This document shows, piece by piece, positions 43,643 through 53,218 of a stretch of 64,000 nucleotides of DNA. Position 1 is the stretch's first letter. Each line of letters starts with the position of its first letter. A program made the position numbers and the translations under genes. The stretch is from Psilocybe cubensis (Eukaryota), in contig CM039003.1 of the NCBI GenBank assembly GCA_017499595.2, forward strand, positions 1,798,001-1,862,000, read 5' to 3'. The notes under the pieces were generated by a model. That model ran no database searches, was not told where the DNA came from, and was given only the letters and a program-made list of their open reading frames with translations.

Positions 43643-44213
43643 CTCGAAAGCTACAGTACATTTACATTGACTTACCCTGTATTTATAGGGTTCGAGAGGT
43701 CGAGCACAGGCTTGGAGTGATTCTTGCACGGATCGTAAGTCGTAACAGATGTACTGATGTAAAAAACGAGACAGTATGTTCGGACCGAAGCATGTGGTCA
43801 AATTATGAAGACATGTTAGACGAGGGCAAGGCCATTAGTGCATTGTTGCAAAGAATCCATCAAAGCGGAGTCATTGAAAGATCCATCCCATGCGGGAAAC
43901 CCGAATAGACGCATCTCATGGCTAAATGGTAGCATCGTTGATGAGCTCGTACTATGCTAGCCGCACTTGTACAGGATCGACGTGAAAGCGTTCGACAGGT
44001 ACGTCGTGTTCGTAGATAGCAAAAGTTTCTTCACAAACTTGGCTTGGAAGAAACAGTCAATGTTTAGAACCCTGCCGATACCAACACTCACCACTTACCA
44101 CGATTGCTACCTTGCTACTCAACAGTTCCTAAAACAGCCCATAGGTTGCCAAAGTTGCAGGTATTGGCGTTGGCCATATTTAGATCTACTCGGGGTCGTC
44201 ACACATGATCTAA

Positions 44214-44243
44214 CTTGAGTTGAGGGCCGTTGCTTCGCACGGC
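44214..44243 (-). terminator. Helitron 3' terminus (hairpin 44226-44243 + CCTCAACTCAAG|T), copy 2
   Basis: Same sequence as 34120-34149; outer flank TTAGATC differs from copy 1 (TAAGAAC). Confidence 0.85.
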
Positions 44244-44377
44244 GATACGAGTCCTTGATTTCCCTCACCCTATGATAAGATTAGATACTGATATCATCAT
44301 ATTGTATAATATAAATAAGAACATCATAAACATTACGTAAATATTTATGTTAAGTTGCGTGTACTGTAAACGCCAGT

Positions 44378-45059
44378 TCAATCGTCGAATCTAGGCTGCT
44401 TCAAATTACTCCAATCCCATCTTTCGCGATCCCATGAAGGAGGCCTGGTGATAACGTCAGGATGACATCGTACAGTATACTGATCCATCAAATTCTGAAA
44501 ATCTGTATTTGCATTATAATTAGACAGTGTAGAGTACGAATTCGTGTTTGGGAAACCTACAGTTGCCTTTGCTAGTTACTATCAGCCTCGTTGACGGTAG
44601 TTGAAATGGCTCTTTCATCGATAGTGAAGTTGATGAGGCTGTCTCTTGAATTGAGTTGCTTGAGGTTATTGGCCGTGGAGGCACTGATTCTGTCATCGAC
44701 CTCGCTGACGACTTTGCCCGACCGTTGCAGTTACTCTTTTTCCGTCTGTTGATTTGAATTTTTGAACGGCTCTACACAATGTATGTTAACGAAAATTAAA
44801 AGTGTCCTTAATGATGGTTCGCACTCACCTTGTGGTTATTCGAATGTCTCGTAAAATCGCATCTCTTGAGATGCTTTGTCCAATGTTGAGGGTCGAAGGG
44901 CCATTTCTTCGACAGTAATATGCTCTTCCCGCAACTTTTACACTCCACTGAGTTCTCAGTGACCGATGCTGCCAAGGGGTCACTCAGTAGGGCGTTACGC
45001 CTTGCGATAGCTCTTTTGTAGGAACTACTTTCCGTAGCGTTGTCGTGCAAGACGTCCAT
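44378..45059 (-). CDS. Helitron cargo: small C2HC zinc-finger-like protein, copy 2
   Basis: Same sequence as 34284-34965; C-x2-C...H-x3-C motif preceded by RR..LL.DP....V. Confidence 0.6.
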
Positions 45060-45799
45060 GTAGAAGTAGAACTTCGCTAACCAGATGTTTGGTCGTTGAC
45101 ATATGCAAGCACGTGCTACGTAGGCTTTTGAAGTCCGACGCGATGATATCGTTGCCTGCACCGATGGGGCGTGCATACAATCGATGTTATGGAGCGGTCG
45201 TTAGTTTGCGCGGTCGTGTTTTGGTATACCGTTGATGTAAGGCAGTGACAGTTCTCCTGAATTTTTTTTTTTCAAGGTTAACGTGGAGGCGTTTCAATCA
45301 ACAAGACAGCGAGGAGCAATTCACCTCGCCACGATATTTTCCCCATATCTGTTAAACTGGGTGGATGTTCGAAAGCATGATTTTGTCAGACCTGTGTCAA
45401 CAGATGTTGAGATAAGCTGTATATTATATGGGCCGAGGTTAGCACGTAGAACAAACTTCGTTTTGACGCCTTCAGTGAATGCAAACGCACATTCCGTTCA
45501 GGCGTGCAACAATCCTCCCGTTGCCCGTTCAACTCATTAACTTTCTGTTAATTCGTAGTACAGTATATGTTCTGAAGGATAGACAGCCAACGTGCTGTCA
45601 ACCGGCTTCGGTGAGGGTCCGTTTATTTTCGTTCGTTCGATCTCAGTCCAAGCTCGTCTACAGTCAGGAGTGTGAGTATACATCGACTTTCACCGTGCAA
45701 TCGGTCTCTCACCTGAATCAATGTATTCCAGACAACTAATATCGATTATACCCGTTGTACCGTATTCTCTCAGTAGTGCATCGAGGGGATTCGGTCATG

Positions 45800-48145
45800 T
45801 TATAGTGTCTCATACCACTCGATACAAGTTTGACCGCAGTAGACCGTTGACGGAAATGAAGAAAAGTGACTGGTATCGCATGGTTTCCACCCTAAAAGTT
45901 GCTTGAGGTTATCAGTGGCGCAACAATCTAAGAGGGGGAAAGTTGTTTGGGTGCTACTTACTGTCAGGATTCTTTTGTATTGATAGAGAGGCGTACCGCC
46001 CAGACCGTCGAGGGCACTTTGAAAATTGTTGATCACACTGCATTTATAAGTCAGTTGACTCTCAAATACTTTGGCATAAAACTAAACGACTTCATGTTGC
46101 ATTGCGTCAGAAACCACGGAGTGTACGGAAGAAGATCATAGCAGGATGTGAATGGAATATAGGAGACATAGAGGAGTGTACGCAATGCACACAACAGAAC
46201 CCCGGAAGCGGACTGAACAGGCATGTGATCTACCAAAATACCTACTGTCCACTTCCGTTACTCAGAACTGCTTACAGGTGTTACCTTTGTTTCACATTTG
46301 CTAATGGCCGTACAATTGTGTGCACTAGAGGAATGTGCGTCTTCAACAGGCAACAGTGCCCTCATCAGCACGCAGTCCTTCTACCTCGCACCTTCAGTAC
46401 ACTCCATCCAATGATACTCTTCACCACAAAAGATTCGCCCGCTCCCTCATCCTCCAACTTCTCCAACCATAGTTGATCAACAGCTCGTAACCGTATGAAG
46501 AGGATGGAAGAATGTACCGTGATGCCTGTGTTACCGTGAGTGTCAATGTATCCTCTGAAATATACTTTCATTTGAGTGCTCGTGTCTCTTTGCACCATCC
46601 ATCCACCTTGGTCAACGTCTTTACGACAAACGAACGGATAGGTGCGAGACTGTGAGATTAATTGCCGTCTGCTAGGCGCTCGTGAGTTTCACCCTATATT
46701 GTCAACATAGCATGGCACTCACATACAAATAGAGATCCGGGTTCGATCAACCAGTCCGCAACACACTTACTCATACATTGTCGGTGCACACCTAACTGGG
46801 ACAACGTCAATAGACGCACCGACATATAGCATAGAAAATGCGGTCCGACGGACGTTAGCGCGTGTATTGGTTTGGAATTCAGCAACCGTGCAACCTCAAA
46901 TCACCCAAACAGAGATGGATCAAAGTTTCTTTGTACACCGCCTACTCTTCAACCCATCCAGTTTCCGTAAAAAACTGCTTAAACGGGAGTCGGTGTTTGC
47001 AATGTGGCACGTCGAGCGTACTGTCGTGAGTTTCAATGTGTTCATAGACCTTCGTCCGAGACATGCTGAAAATGGATGGGTCGTCTAACTTCAGCAAAAA
47101 AACACAAGACATTTACAACGCATGGGACGCGAGATACGGATTAAGACGGCGTCTGGCCAACTGTTAAACGCTAAAGTCTGTATGACTTGCTGTGTATCCA
47201 CCGTATAGTTTCGCACTCACAATAATAGGTAGTTCCAATAAGAGGTGTATACAACACGATACGACCCGGCATGTTGGAGAAGTTGAAATTCCTAGATCAA
47301 AGTTGTATTCCATGGTACGTACCCATATTTGAAATGTCTAAATGCGGTGGCTTAATGCAAAATCTGCAGATGTTATTAGTTGGCTTCGTACGTTGTCAGT
47401 TTTTTTTTTTTTACGTGTTCGTGAAGGAATCCCAAGTAAGTCTAGAGAGGGTGATACAAATAACGTGAAAAGACTTACCTCTGTGTCAGTACTTCAACAT
47501 GATAGTCCGCCTCTTGACTATGGACATTTATTGGGGTCTTTGTATCTGCGGTGTAACGTCAGGCAATACAATTGCGCGCAACAGGGCACTTCAATGGACC
47601 AAAATCATTATGCCACACCTATGAACCATACACCAGCATATAAATGCGCTTAAGAATAAACCATACCTACGTCGTAGGTTTGTTTCGAACAGGCTATCCG
47701 AGCTGAACGAGTATTCAAGATGACCTATATCAAACAAAGCGTTTCCGTAGCACCTGCACCGCATCGAGTGTGACTGATATGGCTTGTAGTGGTTCGTTCG
47801 GATAAATATTCGTTTGGAGGTCGATGCAGAGTCTGAGTCTGTTCATGTCGGTATCAAGATGGCCTTCGTATCGATGACCTGGGCGATTCGGGTGAGTCTT
47901 CGACACCTGGCGATACTCTCGATTATGACACTTATCTCAACTCCTAGCAACGGACACCATATACCAGAATGCCGTTGTATATTGGACAACATCTCAGGTA
48001 GGTCGCCTGGTGTAAAGTTAAAGTTTATCATGTCCAGAGTCATGCGCGTATGACATCGTAAGCTTTTATATCCTGATTATGTTTGAAATTTACTCACCAT
48101 CGCCTACAAGAGGGCGTGATATCTGTCTCGGCTTTCATTCAATCA
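45800..48145 (-). other. Probable further intron-rich cargo gene(s) of unknown function (also at 35706-38051 in copy 1)
   Basis: Short open frames bounded by GTRAGT/GTGCG donors and YAG acceptors on the minus strand (e.g. VINNFQSALDGLGGTPLYQYKRILT|gtaagt). No recognisable domain; gene model not resolved. Confidence 0.3.
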
Positions 48146-48397
48146 TGGCTTCTCATGGTCTACAGCGTCTGAGTCGCTGATTCGATGTTGTAGTAGCCCG
48201 TAAACAGCATTATCAGCCAATGTTCGCTTGTCCGATTTCCGTTTGGAGCCCGCGCTCTGAATGCCGAACAATCCGTGACCAGCGACGAAAGTCCATATAT
48301 GGTGGCCTTCCCATTTTCCATTTGCCACGTAATTTGTATCCCGCCAACTTCTTACCATCACCTGCATCTGCGGCCCCTCAAAACCAGCGAACAAAGA

Positions 48398-49738
48398 ATG
48401 GACGTAAATATAGGTAAGGCAGCATTCTTCGTAAACCTTTTCTAACAACAAACTAACGAACTTATTTGTTTCCTCTTTATTTTACAGTCGCAGCATACGG
48501 ATTGGCTTTCAGCCATGCCTTGGCCATTTTTTTGGTCGTCTTCAGGCTCATTATCAGGCGGTGCGACAAACGGTGTTGGTACGACGATGGGCTGGCGGCT
48601 GTGGCTGTGGTTGCAGACTTTGTCATTGCCCTCACATTGTTTAAATTGGGTGCGTTGTGATACTTTTTTTTTTTTTTTTTTTCTTTTTGTAGCCAGTCTT
48701 TTTTTATTTTACATTGATTGACATATATCATGGGGTTGCTATGTATAGCCATCGACACACCTACCGCCCTTCCTGTTTCCTACCGAGTCGAACTATTTGC
48801 GTTCTTTATAGTTTTGTGGTGCGTAGTCACTTTCCACAACAAGCATGGCCACTTATTACTACGAATGCGCTGTCCAGGGTCTCCCGCGCCAGTATAGTGC
48901 TATCACCGAATCGACTGCACAAGGCCAAACAACTCCGTGTATTATGGGGCTGGCTGTACGCTGTCATATTCATCGCAATCGGCATTATCTTCTCCACTTT
49001 CGCCATATTTGTGTGCAAGGTCAACACCGATTGCAAGTCGGATACTGTGTGTCCATGCCAACCACCTTACATTCTGCTGTTGTTTTCTCTTATAGGTAAG
49101 TCACACTTCATCTAATCGACTGCCCATTGCTGACTGCTATATAGCTGAACTCATTGCTGATATCTTGATTATTCGACGAAGCTGGACTATACTAATAGTA
49201 GAAACCCGCGTGTCCTTTTTCAGACTGACGCACCGTTGGCGTGCCGTCGCGTTAGGTTACAACAGCAGCGTTTTCATAATGCTGTCCAGCGCCGTGTGGT
49301 TCGGGATTTACGTCAAGTTAGCTCAACAATATCCAATGTTAGTTGTGTATGCATTAAGCGCTACTGTGAGTTCTTTATCTACACCATCATCTACAACATT
49401 GCTTCATTCTGCCTCAGGCCCTCGTGTCCTTATTGGCCATCAATGTGCCCGTCATCACGGGACCTCCAAGCAACAAAGGTCGTCGCACCCGCCTTCCAGT
49501 TGCGGGGCAAGACGTCATTCAACTAAATCGTCTCCAACCAACCACCGCTGCAGGACATGATGTTATTCAACACAATCGTCTCCAACCGATGACCGATGCG
49601 GTAAATCACGAAACATTGGCAAATATAGCAGAGGCAGTGGATCGCAACGCTTCCAAGATATACAGTGACAAAGATTCAGGCAAGGACATACAGTTTAGGG
49701 CGCCCAATAATTCTGTGGAAAGTTTGTTCGACGACTAG
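48398..49738 (+). CDS. Helitron cargo: Pth11-like / fungal rhodopsin-domain 7TM protein, copy 2
   Basis: Same sequence as 38304-39644; antisense to the element and convergent with the Spt5-like gene. Confidence 0.7.
49502..49597 (+). repeat. Two degenerate 48-bp tandem units in the 7TM gene tail (AGQDVIQLNRLQPTTA / AGHDVIQHNRLQPMTD); also at 39408-39503
   Basis: Visible 16-aa duplication. Confidence 0.8.
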
Positions 49739-49912
49739 TAAACCGTATGCCAGTGCATGGTATCAATCCACACAATTAGCGCAGTCGATACATGAATGTT
49801 CAGTGTTATATAGATAGTTGCATGCTATATATATATTTTATAACTCGTTGATGAGGATGTCTGTATTGGTTACATTGTAGAGCATACAACACATATGACA
49901 TACAGTAAACAA

Positions 49913-52616
49913 TTATGGCAAATGAGTACTAATGTAAATATCGTGTTCGTGTCTCATCTGATTCCGATTAGCATTCTTTCTCTTTTGAGTTTCATAGGCC
50001 ACACAACAATTTTCGGTTGGCGTCAATAGCTCGCCATCCACTATTTGATCAGCTCCTCGATCAGTGGGCAGTACTTGTTTGACCACCAATACCACGCCAT
50101 TGGTATCCTTCCTAGAATGCACACGTCTGACGCATTTACCCGCGTGTTCTCCTTCAATGATGGCTAATAACCCAAAGTCGTGCTTGATGGTAGGATGTTT
50201 GGGCTTTATATGGGTCGATTCAATCCGTAACGTCCGCTTCGAATTGGGTGTAAATCGCATCATGCACAGCTGCCCATCCACGTCCTCCTGAACGATTACA
50301 AACAACGGAGAAACGTGTCCATCGACGGTTGCCTCTTCCACCGTCAAAGGAACTCCAATCAGCTCTCGTTTCAACAAAAGATTACAAGGAGTGGTTAAAG
50401 ATGCAACGTTGGTACCGTCGCTTGAATTTACGACGACGGTTCCTATGCTAATGCTTGTTAAATCTTCTGAATGGTCAGATGGATCCCACGCAGGCGAGGT
50501 GTCCTCAATAGTATCAGGCAATGGTGTATGTCTGCCACTGTCAGCGCTTTCAGTTCCTGTGGTTATTATGATCGATGGGTTGGCGAAGTTACGAGACTGG
50601 TGGACAGCGTTCGAATCATACGTCTTCGACAGGCTTAGAGGCTCAAAGGTACTACAAGCCGTGAGCGCGAGTACAAATCGGTAAATGAAATACGCTTACC
50701 TGTATTCCAGTACGTCGTCTCTGTTCAAAACAATTTTCTTGAAGGGATTCGACGGATCATATCGAGTCGGCTCTACAACTAAACGCAACTCAGGTTGACC
50801 TGTTCTTGGGCTTACGGACTGTAGTACCTCGGCGACAATGCCGATTAAGCCTTTGAACGTATGATGTACCTTGCTCACTATCACAGTTACACCTTTCCAA
50901 CGATGATATCGGGTCGTGTGTGATGTTGGGATAAGCGCGAGGAGCGATGAAGGCTGACATGTCGTCGCATCTCCCAGAGAAACGAAATTCCTGTGCATAT
51001 ATATAATCTGAGATGTATGCATGAGCCAGAGTATATATACGGTTAAATGACAAATACTTGCCTCCAACATCGAGTCGGCTGTATTGATTTGCTGGTCTTT
51101 TGTAGTGCCTTGCTTATCGATTAGTTGTATTTCATCTCCCTTGATGTCCACGACCCAACCCGATCGTCCAGCATTAACGCCAGCGTCAACCCCTACGTAA
51201 TCCCCTATTTCGAAATGTTTTAAGATGTCACTCCATACGGTGCGTATTGTTGTCAACAGCTGGGTCGTAGTTGTATCAACTCTGTGGATTTCAGTTTCGT
51301 TGTAATGTTGACCAGTTTCGTCATGGTCGCAGCCTTTGTTGTATATATCGACATCGACCATATTATCGTCGTCGGCTTGCGCAATGACTCCGAGCCAACC
51401 TGTAGATCTCATTACCACCCATTCCATGGTTCGCATGATCCATTCCTTTGGCTTTGGTATCGGCGCGTGATGGAGTGCGGGATGCCCACTCATACAAAAT
51501 GATGTATACGTCACGTAACTCAGACCTTCACGACATGAGGCAACGTGTCTGGGATCGTAGTCCACCCGGGCCAAACCATGCTCAAAGATCAGATCACCTA
51601 CGCGATAGACAGATGCTCTGCCTGATTCTATGTATAAATGAGAGTTACGAAGGCCTGTCGGATCGAATAGCTTAGGCGCGGGCACCGCAGTGTATGTCTT
51701 CCGTTTACGAGATGACTTCGTTTTGGTGGACACGTACTCGTAACGGGGGATCATAAGCATTGACACCCCCCACGATCCTTTCGAAACGACAAAGCCTACA
51801 TCGCCTTTGTATACACCTCGTTTAACCTTGAGCCATTTTCCGACCGATAGGTTCGTAATGTCCCCTCCCATGTACAACAGTTGCTGAGCCTCATTCTTAT
51901 CGATCGGACTCAGGAGCACGTCCGTAGTTTTTACGATGATGCCGGGCGATCTTTTGATAAGGTCAATCATAGGCTGATCCATCAAACATTCCAAGTATAT
52001 GTATCCATGTACAGAACTGCGTGAAAACGCGGACCGAATATGATGTTCTCGGCGCGAGTTTTTGAGTAAAGAAGCGACCGCGATTTCTTCGTATCCGACC
52101 TTACGTATTGTTCATCGATATGGTTGGCAACACACAAATTTAATTCGATGGTATTAAACTTACTTTACATCCAATCCTCCATGTAGGATAGTCCGTGGGC
52201 AGATTTTCGAAGCCCGAATCAGTGTTTCCGTGCGGTGACAAAACAGTAGGATTGTCAGCGTTTGAATACAATGGTTCCACACCCCGGTACATATCAGAGG
52301 CGGGCAGTGAGTGAGATCTACCACGTGTTCTCTCTTCAATTTGTTGAATTACGAGGGCCAGTCGGTCTCTCTTTGTAACAGGAATGGGTTTGTCCATTGC
52401 CACAGATGATGAACCGTCACAATCTTCATGGGATTGAGTTCCGTCGTCGATGAAGCATTCTGCGAGTAAATTTGGTTTATCTCGTATGTTGGAATGACAT
52501 GAGACTGAGTAAAACGAAATATTATGCGCACCAAATTCGTCAGATTCGGCTGAACCATCCTCTGAATCTCCGTGATCGACATTCGCTTCTAAGTCCAAGA
52601 ATGGGTTGGGAGCCAT
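49913..52616 (-). CDS. Divergent Spt5-like transcription elongation factor (acidic N-terminus, NGN domain, multiple KOW motifs), 5 exons
   Basis: N-terminus NPFLDLEANVD...FIDD. NGN: YPTWRIGCK|VGYEEIAVASLLK...IRSAFSRSSVHGYIYLE. KOW1: LSVGKWLKVKRGVYKGDVGFV...MIPRYEY...PAPKLFDP. Further KOWs: KHFEIGDYVGVDAGVNAGRSGWVVDI and WKGVTVIVSKVHHTFKGLIGIV. CTR remnant: GRHTP...SPAWDPS. C-terminal KOW-like: HIKPKHP...LAIIEGEHAGK. Confidence 0.82.
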
Positions 52617-53218
52617 AGGTAGTCTAAAAAGAAGCAGAAAAAAAATTAAAAATTTGCCGTTTATATGTATAGCATTGCGTGAGTAGATATAGACATACTA
52701 AAGCAACGACTCTGCAAAGCAGTCGCTGACAGGTTTAAGGTGTTCTTCAAAATGAACTATCGATTTGAACACATTTAGAATACCATCAATATTTCTATCA
52801 TATATCGTAATATAACCTACAGCCTAACAAATATTGTATATTAGCCTTGAAGATACGAATACTGGTACGATGTGGCAGCAAATGACAACGTCGAAAAAGG
52901 TGTTCAAGTCGGATAGGCACAGTTCTTAAACAGAGCGGTGAACGAAATTTCGGCAAGTTCCGATATCCCTTTGATGCGAAGGTATTAAAGGAACATGTAC
53001 GACATTCTCCCACGCTTTTGGATCGTCCTTTCAACCACACGATGCTCGATGCAATGTAGTCTATGGGTTCAGATTATACAGCTGAGTCTAATAGACTGAT
53101 ACGCTGCGACACTATCGAACGATAAATACCATACTGATATGAATATAAACAGTTGTTATCTGAGCATGTATCAACTGAGGCCTCCATAACCATAAAACAC
53201 TTTGGATAAATTTTCATC

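Noticed and set aside
34120-51390. Reading the 7.2-kb direct repeat as LTRs or a simple tandem segmental duplication
   Set aside because: No TG...CA ends or gag/pol; the homology boundary coincides with a Helitron hairpin terminus and the outer flanks are unrelated.
49913-52616. Calling this gene the host's canonical SPT5
   Set aside because: Too divergent, lacks the CTR repeats and long acidic region, and is duplicated within a transposon; no gene symbol assigned.
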